NCBI GenBank assembly: GCA_964574635.1
Contig: CAZNOG010000009.1
Span: 26,220 to 90,219 of the forward strand
Direction: 5' to 3'
DNA from: an uncultured Cryomorphaceae bacterium
Lineage (GTDB): Bacteria; Bacteroidota; Bacteroidia; Flavobacteriales_D; Cryomorphaceae
DNA length: 64,000 nucleotides
This document shows, piece after piece, positions 8,900 to 17,349 of this stretch. Under the pieces are notes generated by a model that made no database searches, was not told where the DNA came from, and saw only the letters and a list, made by a program, of their open reading frames with translations. The position numbers and the translations under genes were made by a program. The first letter of the stretch is position 1. Each line of letters starts with the position of its first letter.

Positions 8900-10855
8900 T
8901 CATCTGTTCACCACGAATTTTTCCGTGGCGTTTCTTTCTCCCGAAATTGCGGTAAAAATGTACATCCCTGGGTTCAGCATCGAAACGTCTATTGGCGATC
9001 GGGCGTTCAGGCCGCCCTCAAGCACTACCCGTCCTGACAAATCAAATATGCGGAATGCGGCAGGACTTTGGTCGATGTTGGAAACATACAGTATTCCGGC
9101 GCTTGGGTTGGGGTACAGCCGAAAAGTTGTCCGTTCGGTCCGATCATTCGTGGAAGTAAAAATCTCCGGCGCGGAATAGAACGCAAAAAAACCGCTTCGG
9201 GCATTGGACGGCGTGGTAAAAGGCTCCGAATCCCCGAAGGGATCCAAGGTGGTGGTGACATTCCTCCCAATGGATCCTTGGATCAAGAGGGTGTCGCCTT
9301 GATAGGGGAGGATGGCATTGATGTCGATTATGTCAAAATCTACCGGGCTTTCATACGGAATGATCCAATGGTCGAGTATGGAAAGGTCGGTATCCAGCCA
9401 CAGGACATACACCCCTTTGCCCGCCGGAAATTCGATGAATGTATCTTCCGTGGATCCATCGAATCCGGTAAATTCATATCCCAAAACCGTATCATTCGCC
9501 GCCGCATAATGGAGAACCCAAGCCAATTTACCTTCGATTTCAAAGATTCCGGATTCTTTTGAAGGTCTGCCTGATATGCCCGAAACCTTTGACGCGACAC
9601 GCAATTTGCCAATCACATTCCCATTCAAATCCACTTTATACAACGTTGAATGGTACATTGGGACTTGGTACATTCCGCCGGCTAAATCATAATACGGTTC
9701 GTTGCTGTTATACAATTGTGTGTTGTAAAAACAATCGCGGAAAATCAAGGTGTCATCGACGTTTGCTTGGGTGAAAAGCTCTCCGCTCAAAAAAACACTT
9801 TCCGCTGTTTCCAGGATGGAAAAAAACAGGTTTTGAACCCGAAACTTATTCGAGCCCCAGAGTACGGTGTCCGCTTGGGTATTGTTGTACGCGTACAGCT
9901 CGGTGAGCCACTCTGTGGCTCCGGAAGCACTTTCTTTGGTAATGAATACGTGCAACAAGGAATCATTGTCAGGCATGGGTATCTCGGCGCCGGATACACT
10001 TATGGGTGTATTGTTTCCCCGCACCAACCCAATGCGATAAAGTCCGTCTTCTTGGGCTCTCTCCACCCTGAAATTTACCAGACTGCCGTTCTCGGATCCA
10101 ATTTGCTCACTGACCATTTCTTGTGTTTGCAAATTCAATTCTGTTCTCACAAATTGGGCTTGTCCTCCGGCGGCGGTGAATTCTTCGGTGGAGTTCAGTG
10201 TTTGGTTCTTGTTCAGTGTAAAGTACGACACCACCAGACTGTCACCTATCACCGCTGAGGCATTTTGGGCTTTAAAATTTCGATTCGGATTGCCGTATAC
10301 CATTTCAAAAAAACCTGAGAAAGGTGTATAAGATGAAAAGTTCCCAAACGGTGCGGAAAAATCTATCAAACCGACGGCAGTATGCGTTGGAGGGTCATAT
10401 GAAATAATGCCGGTTTGACTCAGGAAGTCCGCGGGATAATTTTGGACCGGCGGCCAGCCGCGTATTCCGGTAGTGCTGACTGTGTGATCGCTTACTGAAA
10501 GTTCGATGATCAATTTTTGATCGCTGAGCGGGTAAATATTTGGATCGGAAAACGGAGTGAAAAGGTAAGTGTTTCCTGGGATCAAGTTTTCGTCGTACAC
10601 CACAATGGCATTCGTATAAACCGTGTCGCCCGCGACTGTTGGCTGAATATTGTCTTCCCAAATCCCCGTATTGATCATTTGGGTATTCATGATTTGTGAC
10701 CAGTTGTAGGCCGCAACATACCCCTCTCCATCCGCAAGGGGTATGAATTGGTTAGACGACTCAAGATGTACCGATCTATGGATAAGGGCATTGGCTTGGG
10801 TCAAACCTTCGTGGGAAATCCATAACATTGAGAAAATCAAAATCCATTTATGCAT
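8900..10855 (-). CDS. T9SS type A sorting-domain protein (secreted, function unknown)
   Basis: 651 aa with an N-terminal signal peptide. The C-terminus RLYPNPSAGILYV...FDLSGRVV...LNPGMYIF...KFVVNR is a Por/T9SS CTD. The gene is AT-richer than its neighbours. Confidence 0.8.
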   Translation of the reverse strand: MHKWILIFSMLWISHEGLTQANALIHRSVHLESSNQFIPLADGEGYVAAYNWSQIMNTQMINTGIWEDNIQPTVAGDTVYTNAIVVYDENLIPGNTYLFTPFSDPNIYPLSDQKLIIELSVSDHTVSTTGIRGWPPVQNYPADFLSQTGIISYDPPTHTAVGLIDFSAPFGNFSSYTPFSGFFEMVYGNPNRNFKAQNASAVIGDSLVVSYFTLNKNQTLNSTEEFTAAGGQAQFVRTELNLQTQEMVSEQIGSENGSLVNFRVERAQEDGLYRIGLVRGNNTPISVSGAEIPMPDNDSLLHVFITKESASGATEWLTELYAYNNTQADTVLWGSNKFRVQNLFFSILETAESVFLSGELFTQANVDDTLIFRDCFYNTQLYNSNEPYYDLAGGMYQVPMYHSTLYKVDLNGNVIGKLRVASKVSGISGRPSKESGIFEIEGKLAWVLHYAAANDTVLGYEFTGFDGSTEDTFIEFPAGKGVYVLWLDTDLSILDHWIIPYESPVDFDIIDINAILPYQGDTLLIQGSIGRNVTTTLDPFGDSEPFTTPSNARSGFFAFYSAPEIFTSTNDRTERTTFRLYPNPSAGILYVSNIDQSPAAFRIFDLSGRVVLEGGLNARSPIDVSMLNPGMYIFTAISGERNATEKFVVNR

Positions 10856-10875
10856 AACGAATGGTTTTTACATGT

Positions 10876-11247
10876 TCACCAAACATCAAAGGAGTATTGA
10901 ATGGGTGAATAAGGCGGAGGAGCAGGATAATCCATCAATCCGGATGTTCCGGTGTAACAAGGGTTCGGGTCCTCGAGTACAGAAAGAACACTGCAGTTCC
11001 CATTCGCTTCGGAAACGATTTCAAATAGCGGTCCCCCCGGAAAATCTGCCTTTACCGCTTGAGGCGAGTCTCCGGGATCCAGCCAAACAACATAAGTCGA
11101 GCTCGGACCCACCGGCGGAATATTGTAGGTTCCGATACAGGCACCGAATTCGATCGTCATTGTACAATTGGTTCTGTTGTTGAAAGACACGGGAATCTGC
11201 GCGTTCAAAGGAATACTTGTGATAAGGAGGAAAAAGAATCGGGACAA
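10876..11247 (-). CDS. small secreted Cys-containing hypothetical protein
   Basis: 123-aa ORF with a signal-like N-terminus (MSRFFFLLITSIPLNAQ). It lies 20 nt upstream of the T9SS cargo gene on the same strand, with an AT-rich region upstream. Confidence 0.5.
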   Translation of the reverse strand: MSRFFFLLITSIPLNAQIPVSFNNRTNCTMTIEFGACIGTYNIPPVGPSSTYVVWLDPGDSPQAVKADFPGGPLFEIVSEANGNCSVLSVLEDPNPCYTGTSGLMDYPAPPPYSPIQYSFDVW

Positions 11248-11392
11248 CCGGTTTTGCGATCCCTTATTTTAGGCCAAACGCTTTTAAAATGGGAAATGAA
11301 AATGTTTTCATAATGTCTTGGTTAGGTTGGATTTCACCAAATGTATTGAAAACGATACACTTTACGAAATTGTATGAAGTGACCCTCGTGGA

Positions 11393-11785
11393 ATGGAAGT
11401 GGAAGCCATCGACTATGGCAACATTCCCAATTGCACTTATTGCTCACCCGAAGTGGCGAGCGTGGGCATGACGGAAGCGCAAGCCCAAGAAGCCGGTTAT
11501 GAATTGAAAGTGGGCAAATTCCCGTTTTCAGCTTCGGGCAAAGCCAAGGCGGCGGGCCACAGCGACGGGTTCGTAAAACTGGTTTTTGACGCCAAATACG
11601 GTGAACTTCTGGGCGGGCACATGATCGGGTCCAACGTTACCGAAATGGTGGCCGAACTGGTGTCCATCCGAAAGTTGGAAACCACCGGCCACGAAATCAT
11701 CAAGACCATCCACCCCCACCCCACCATGAGCGAAGCCATCATGGAAGCGGCCGCCGCGGCGTACGGGGAGGTGATTCATATTTGA
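11393..11785 (+). pseudogene. orphan duplicate of the lpdA 3' end (last 130 codons)
   Basis: The 130-aa ORF matches the lpdA C-terminus except for D->A and K->Q. There is no 5' part of the gene, and the homology starts at 11391-11393. Confidence 0.9.
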
Positions 11786-11787
11786 GT
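11505..11787 (+). repeat. perfect direct repeat, copy 2
   Basis: Identical to 8497-8779. Confidence 0.9.
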
Positions 11788-12012
11788 TTCGGATTCACGG
11801 GTTCCCGGAAGTTCGCCCCGGCTCGGGGAGAATATCCGGGAACGCAGAGCCCCGCCTTTTCACCTTATTCAATAGGTGAAGCACAATGCGCCGTATAGAA
11901 TGCGCCTGTTTTGCCGTGCATGAGGCATCCGTTCGACCTTACTCCTCCATCGTCTAGTCCAAAGTTGTCCATGACACGCAGGAGCCGGGTTCGACAATCA
12001 CGCCATACCACG

Positions 12013-12552
12013 TCATTGCACCACGAATTTTTCCCCGAAGTATCCTTCCCCCGTTGCGGTAAAGATATACATCCCCGGGTTCAGTCTCGAAATATCCAGC
12101 GGCGAGCCGGCCACCAAATGGCCCTCGAGCATTATGCGGCCGGACAAATCAAAAATACGGTATGCCGCATGTTTGTCGCGCAGGCCGGATGCGTATAGTT
12201 TTCCCGAGCTTGGATTGGGGTACAATCCAAAGGAATTCTTTTGGGTCTGCACTTGCATGGAAGTGAGGATGTCGGGCGCGGAGAAAAATGCAAAAAATCC
12301 GCTTCGGAAGTTCGACGGTGTGGTAAAGGGCTCCGAATCTCCAAAGGGATCCAATGTGGCGGAGGTACCCCTGCCCAAGGACCCCTGAATCAGCAAAGTA
12401 TCGCCCCCGAACGGAAGTATTGAATTGATGTCTATGACGTCGAAATCATCGAGGCTTTCATACGGAATCAACCAATGATCCATGATGGAAAGGTCGGTAC
12501 ACCCACAAAAACCCAAACCCTCACACCCTTCCCGTGTATGTGGTTCCGCCAC
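12013..12552 (-). pseudogene. 5'-truncated paralog of the 8900-10855 T9SS protein (C-terminal ~175 aa only)
   Basis: DHWLIPYES..DFDVIDINSILP..GDTLLIQGSLGR...DPFGDSEPFTTPSN.RSGFFAF plus a CTD aligns to the C-terminus of the 651-aa protein. Homology ends at ~12497, so there is no signal peptide. Confidence 0.75.
12499..12514 (+). repeat. dispersed motif ACACCCACAAAAACCC, copy 1
   Basis: Exact 16-mer located at the truncation junction of the T9SS paralog. About 30 nt of extended similarity to the copy at 28175. Confidence 0.8.
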
Positions 12553-12570
12553 GGCGGAACTTTTCGTGCG

Positions 12571-15000
12571 TTAGGGTTTTTCGGCGTGTTTCACGTACTT
12601 CTCCAGCCATTGGTCTTGCTCCCACAACACGTGAAACACACTTTCCTTTGCGCTGTAGCCGTGGCTTTCCTTGGGCAGCATAACCAAACGCGCTGTGGCG
12701 CCAAGTCCTTTCAACGCGTTGAAATAGCGCTCGCTCTGCATGGGATAGGTGCCTGAATTATTGTCGTCGGCACCGTGGATCAACAGCAGGGGCGCGTTCA
12801 TTTTGTGCGCGTTCATGAAGGGCGACATGGTATTGTACACCTCGGGCGCTTCCCAATAATTGCGTTCTTCACTCTGGAACCCAAAGGGTGTGAGAGTGCG
12901 GTTGTAGGCTCCGCTGCGCGCGATACCGGCGGCGAATAAATCGGAATGCGACAGCAAATTGGCCACCATGAAAGCTCCGTAGGAATGTCCGCCCACGCCC
13001 ACCCGGTTTCGATCGATATAACCCATGGCATCCACGGCGTCGATGGCGGCTTGGGCATTGGCCACCAATTGGGATACGAAACTGTCGTTGGGCTCGGTAT
13101 CCCCCTCGCCGACGATGGGGAAATCCGCATTGTCGAGTACCAAGTAACCACGAGTGACCCAGTAAATCGGTGATCCGTAGTGCGGGTAAATAAAGCGGTT
13201 GGGATTGGTGGTGCTTTGACCTGCGCTGCTCTTGCTCTTGAATTCCCGGGGATAAGCCCATAAGATCATCGGCAGTTTTTCCTTCTTCCGCATATCGTAA
13301 CCCACGGGGAGATACAACGTGGCTTCCAAGTCCAATCCATCGGCGCGTTTGTATTTGATCACTTCTTTGTGAACGTCTTGAATGCTCTTGAAGGGATTGT
13401 CGAAATAGGTGATCTGCGAGAGTTGGTTTTCCTCATCGATGTTTCGGAAGTAGTAGTTGGGGTACTCCGTGGGGGATTCAATGCGCACCAATACTTTTCC
13501 ATTGGGAATATCACTGCCCGAAGAATAAATGCTTTCGACTTTGTCGGTGTAGGGAGATTGGTAAATCCGGGAAGTTTCCAAGGTGTTCATGTTCATCTTG
13601 TCGATAAAGGGAAACTGCCCCTCGGGGGTAAAGCCCGAGCCGATCAGGAAAGCGTCCTCACCATCGAGTTCCAAAACCTGCTGATCGTATTGGTTTCTCG
13701 TCGTCACGAAACTTCCGGGATCTCCGTAACGGTCTTCGTAATTCCGGTCGAAAACGAGTACGGCGTCTTCATCGGGATTGCCCGGGTTGAACCGGTAGGT
13801 CTTGGTGTTGCGCGTATTCCACCAATAATCCGTGCCAAGCGCCAGGGAGTCCGTCCCCCAGGTGATGCCCGAAAATCGGTTGATGGTCTTGAAAAGCAGG
13901 TTTGGTTCTCCCGAAAAAGGTGCCTCCTGCTGATAAACGGCGTCGCGGTATTCCACCTCCTTTTCAGGATCGCCGCCGTCCAGTGCCTCAGTCCAAAACA
14001 AGGTGGCCGGTTTGTCGTTGCGCCACTCCAAGTTTCTTTTGCCCATGCGCGTAGCCATGAAACCTTGGGGTCGCACCTCGTCCAAGGGAACTTCGTTGAC
14101 GCGTGCAACGAACTCGCCGGTAGCGGAATACACGTCTTTGGCAAAAGGAAATCGATGATGCGTAACCAAATAAGAGAAAGGTTTTTGGAGGGTTTCCACC
14201 AAGAGGTATTCTCCGTCGGGGGAGAAGGAGAGCGCATCATACATTGCCGGCGGGAGAAACGGGGTGGCGTTTCCGTCCAAGTCCAATTTGTATATTTCAG
14301 ACCGCACCAATTGCTCGAAATTGAATTCGTCATTGGCGTCTTTCAACAAATCTTGGTAGGTGCGATTTTGCGCTTTCATTCCGTCGCTGACGGAAACCGT
14401 GGGGCCCGTAGGGACGGCTTCCGAATTGTTTATCAGCTCCCGACGATCCTGTGGAACGGACTTGACCAACAGGCCTTCACTGTCTCTGAACCAAGTCAGT
14501 GCACTGCCGATATTGGCATTCACGGCAAGGTCGCCCAACTTCTTGGCCCGGGCGGTTTCTATTTCCACGAGCCAGACTTCCGATTTTTCCGAGTCCGTAT
14601 TCAGAAAAGCCAAATATTTTTCGTCCGAAGAGCGGGTGAAATTGGAAAACCGTCCCGTTAGCGGAAGGCCGGAAACCTGTCGGGGTTCTTTTTCTTGGGT
14701 GGTTTTTACTTTGATGTTGTTGTAAAATCGCGTTCTGCTGCCGATGTTGGTTTTCGGATTGATGCGCAATCCCGCCAAGCGCAATTCGGTTTCGGATAGC
14801 TCCGCGATGGATTTGAATTGATCTCGGTAAAACAGAATCACGTTTTCCCCTTTGCTGTCGATCTGAACCGATGGAGCCAAAGGCACATCCACCAATTTTC
14901 GGATGTTTTCATGCGGGGTTTGGTAGGTGGGATTCTCTTGGGCGAAAGACGTGAAGCACAAGCAAATCGCGACAACGGCAAAGATGGATTTCAAATTCAT
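12571..15000 (-). CDS. S9 family serine peptidase (prolyl oligopeptidase/dipeptidyl peptidase-like)
   Basis: Start taken at MNLKSIFAVVAICLCFTSFAQ (signal peptide). Contains the nucleophile motif GGHSYGAF and an N-terminal beta-propeller-like region. The upstream 60 codons of the ORF lie inside the repeat array. Confidence 0.9.
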   Translation of the reverse strand: MNLKSIFAVVAICLCFTSFAQENPTYQTPHENIRKLVDVPLAPSVQIDSKGENVILFYRDQFKSIAELSETELRLAGLRINPKTNIGSRTRFYNNIKVKTTQEKEPRQVSGLPLTGRFSNFTRSSDEKYLAFLNTDSEKSEVWLVEIETARAKKLGDLAVNANIGSALTWFRDSEGLLVKSVPQDRRELINNSEAVPTGPTVSVSDGMKAQNRTYQDLLKDANDEFNFEQLVRSEIYKLDLDGNATPFLPPAMYDALSFSPDGEYLLVETLQKPFSYLVTHHRFPFAKDVYSATGEFVARVNEVPLDEVRPQGFMATRMGKRNLEWRNDKPATLFWTEALDGGDPEKEVEYRDAVYQQEAPFSGEPNLLFKTINRFSGITWGTDSLALGTDYWWNTRNTKTYRFNPGNPDEDAVLVFDRNYEDRYGDPGSFVTTRNQYDQQVLELDGEDAFLIGSGFTPEGQFPFIDKMNMNTLETSRIYQSPYTDKVESIYSSGSDIPNGKVLVRIESPTEYPNYYFRNIDEENQLSQITYFDNPFKSIQDVHKEVIKYKRADGLDLEATLYLPVGYDMRKKEKLPMILWAYPREFKSKSSAGQSTTNPNRFIYPHYGSPIYWVTRGYLVLDNADFPIVGEGDTEPNDSFVSQLVANAQAAIDAVDAMGYIDRNRVGVGGHSYGAFMVANLLSHSDLFAAGIARSGAYNRTLTPFGFQSEERNYWEAPEVYNTMSPFMNAHKMNAPLLLIHGADDNNSGTYPMQSERYFNALKGLGATARLVMLPKESHGYSAKESVFHVLWEQDQWLEKYVKHAEKP

Positions 15001-15328
15001 CAAAATGGGTTTGGGCCAAAGATATCCAAAAGGGAGAAAGGGGGGCGGTGATCGGGATTTAGTGATATCCGGATAAGTGACTCCAAGGCGACTTAAATCG
15101 GAACAAATAGTAAATCTAACTGAAGGGACCGGGGATCGAGAGGTGCTGTGTTCCGGATAGGTGACTTGGAGGCGACTCAAACTGGATTAAGGTTGGGGTC
15201 GAACTGAAGGGATCGGGGATCGGTGATCGGGCTTGGCTGTTTTCCGGACATGTGACTTCGAGACGACTCAGATCAGGTCAAATAGTGAATCTTACCGGAG
15301 GGACCGGTGATCGAGAGGTGCTTTTTTA

Positions 15329-15473
15329 CGGATAGGTGACTTCGATGCGACTCAAATCGGATTAAGGTTGGGGTCGAACTGAAGGGATCGGGGATCGGTG
15401 ATCGGGCTTGGCTGTTTTCCGGACATGTGACTTCGAGGCGACTCAAATCGGATAAGAAATCTGATTGATCGGC
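15329..15473 (+). repeat. ~145-nt direct repeat, copy 1
   Basis: Near-identical to 15749-15893. The two copies flank a 275-nt unique segment. Confidence 0.85.
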
Positions 15474-15748
15474 ATCTGACCCCGGACGTACACCCCACCT
15501 CGCGCGTCATTCCGAACTTGTTTCGGAATCTCTTTGTCGCAAGAAAGCCAACTTACATGGATTAGGTTCGAGGCGAGTCAAATTGGATTTAGAATTACAT
15601 GGACGTGCAGAACGACCATACGCCGTTTTTAACCACATAGGTTACATAGGAAGGCAGGGCGTGTAGGAAAGCCAGGCGGCATAGCGCGTCTTTGACGCAA
15701 CACAGAGGGATCGGGGATCGGTGATCGGTGATCGAGATGTGCATTTTT

Positions 15749-15893
15749 CCGGATAGGTGACTTCGAGGCGACTTAAATCGGATTAAGGTTGGGGTCGAAC
15801 TGAAGGGATCGGGGATCGGTGATCGGGCTTGGCTGTTTTCCGGACATGTGACTTCGAGGCGACTCAAATCGGATAAGAAATCTGATTGATCGG
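15749..15893 (+). repeat. ~145-nt direct repeat, copy 2
   Basis: Near-identical to 15329-15473 and abuts the IS256 remnant. Confidence 0.85.
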
Positions 15894-16268
15894 GGAGTGT
15901 TCAATCAACTGTGTCATCTGTTAAAAAGCGTCCTTCGAAGTATCGGTGAAGGTCCCTTCTGATGGATTTCCACCCAAATATCCTTCCGTTCCACTTGGAT
16001 TTGGCATTGACGGTAGCCAAATATATCTGTTTCAGGATCGCGGTCTCGGAATTGAACGCCCCTTTCGTCTTGGTCACCTTACGTACCATCCGATGATAGC
16101 TTTCTATGGGGTTGGTGGTGTAAATCAGCCTTCGCAGTGCCGGCGGGTATTTGTAGAAGTTCGTCAGCCTTTCCCAGTTGTGGTTCCAGCTCTTGAACAC
16201 CACCTTGTATTTGTCGCCCCATTTCGCTTCGGCTTCCTCCAATCGGTGCCGGGCCCAAGACCGTGAGC
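15875..16268 (-). mobile_element. IS256-family (mutator-type) transposase remnant, 3' ~120 codons only
   Basis: The translation ...EAEAKWGDKYKVVFKSWNHNWERLTNFYKYPPALRRLIYTTNPIESYHRMVRKVTKTKGAFNSETAILKQIYLA... matches the conserved IS256 Tnp C-terminus (YTTNxIES, RKxTK). There is no N-terminal or DDE part. Confidence 0.75.
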
Positions 16269-16270
16269 TA

Positions 16271-16616
16271 TGTATGGTGAACACGAATCCGCAAAGGCGG
16301 GCTGGTTGAAATCCAAGTACCCGGTACCATAAATAATTCCAAAATTCCGCAATCCTACGGACAAAAAATTTGGACAATCCTTCCCACGAATTAGCATGTA
16401 ACTGTCCTCCAATCCGCCCATCCCGGCTTCGTAAAAGTAAAAGACTTCGTCGTTGCAATAAAACGTTGGTATCGTTCTGAACTCCACCCCATTGATTTTG
16501 CAGGTAAAAAGCTCTGCAAAGTGCTCTCCTTCGGGGGCGTCGTCATCGTCTTTGCAACAAGAAAGGCATGTGACGAGTGCCACGGATATCAGTAGAATAT
16601 GTTTTCTTATGCGCAT
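16271..16616 (-). pseudogene. lipoprotein paralog truncated at its 3' end by the IS256 remnant
   Basis: MRIRKHILLISVALVTCLSCCKDDDD...FADSCSPYIAHG is near-identical to the 16770-17336 gene up to 16271, then reads into IS sequence. Confidence 0.7.
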
Positions 16617-16628
16617 GGGGTCGGGGTA

Positions 16629-16769
16629 TTATTCAACGATTAACAATTTGCCTCTATGACCGGGGTCATGGGATTTCGATATCAGGTAAAAATACATGGC
16701 CGGAGGGCACAAAGGAAGAGAGCGATGAAACAATCAACTTGCTTTTGTATGGAGCGACAGCATGCGTGG
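16629..16769 (-). pseudogene. remnant of a T9SS C-terminal sorting domain (last ~45 codons)
   Basis: Hand translation ends ...LPLCPPAMYFYLISKSHDPGHRGKLLIVE*, paralogous to the C-terminus of the 17350-17721 ORF. No upstream ORF is present. Confidence 0.45.
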
Positions 16770-17336
16770 TTACCAAACATTCGGCACCTTAAACCGAAAG
16801 TAGCCATCGGTCACGTGGACCACGGAATCGAGTTCTTCGTTTGCAACGGTGAATTCAAACGTGCCCTCGATTTTGCCCAGCCTTTGGGTCACCGAATCGC
16901 GTGGAGTAAAGGTTGTGATGTTCATGCCACCGGAAATGAGACTGTCAAATAGCAGAATTCCGATGTCGGGCCCTGGGCTGTGCCTAATGTATGGTGAACA
17001 CGAATCCGCAAAGGTGGGCTGATTGAAATCCAAGTACCCGGTACCGTAAATAATTCCAAAATTCCGCAATCCTACGGATAAATGATTTGGGCAATCCACA
17101 CCACTCATAAGCATGTAACTGTCCTCCAATCCGCCCATCCCGGCTTCGTAGAAGTAAAAGACTTCGTCATTGCAATAAAACGTTGGTATCGTTCTGAATT
17201 CCACTCCATTGATTTTGCAGGTAAAAAGCTCCGCAAAGTGCTCTCCGTTGGGGGCGTCGTCATCATCGTCTTTGCAACAAGAAAGGAATGTGACGAGGGC
17301 CATGGATATCAGTAGAATATGTTTTCTAATGCGCAT
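16770..17336 (-). CDS. lipoprotein, function unknown (intact copy)
   Basis: Lipobox in LVTFLSCCKDDDDD; 188 aa from MRIRKH. It lies directly downstream of a T9SS-CTD ORF. Confidence 0.7.
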   Translation of the reverse strand: MRIRKHILLISMALVTFLSCCKDDDDDAPNGEHFAELFTCKINGVEFRTIPTFYCNDEVFYFYEAGMGGLEDSYMLMSGVDCPNHLSVGLRNFGIIYGTGYLDFNQPTFADSCSPYIRHSPGPDIGILLFDSLISGGMNITTFTPRDSVTQRLGKIEGTFEFTVANEELDSVVHVTDGYFRFKVPNVW

Positions 17337-17349
17337 TGGATCGGGGTTG

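Larger units (their letters stand above)
15040..15895. repeat. higher-order tandem repeat array (about 8 copies of a ~35-nt motif at 84-91-nt spacing; alternating X/Y units)
   Basis: The motif CCGGAyAkGTGACTTCGAGGCGACTCAAATCGGA starts at 15069, 15153, 15244, 15329, 15419, 15749 and 15840, with a partial copy at 15559. The intervening segments are also repeated. I count 19 GATC sites by eye. Confidence 0.85.

Noticed and set aside
8385-11787. Integrative mobile element or prophage inserted in lpdA
   Set aside because: There is no integrase, recombinase, transposase, or phage or conjugation gene between the repeats. The only content is two secreted-protein genes. It is kept as a recombination/duplication finding, not called a mobile element.
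11960-12012. tRNA or tmRNA fragment, which would be an attachment-site hallmark, suggested by GGGTTCGACAATC ... ACCA
   Set aside because: The flanks do not form a T stem (CCGGG has no CCCGG partner), and no acceptor or anticodon arm can be drawn.
15040-15895. Possible CRISPR array (regularly spaced ~35-nt direct repeats)
   Set aside because: The spacers are themselves repeated: three copies of AAGGTTGGGGTCGAACTGAAGGGATCGGGGATCGGTGATCGGGCTTGGCTG and two of another. The period is ~88 nt rather than 60-75, and the repeat copies are degenerate. No cas genes or leader are present in the window.
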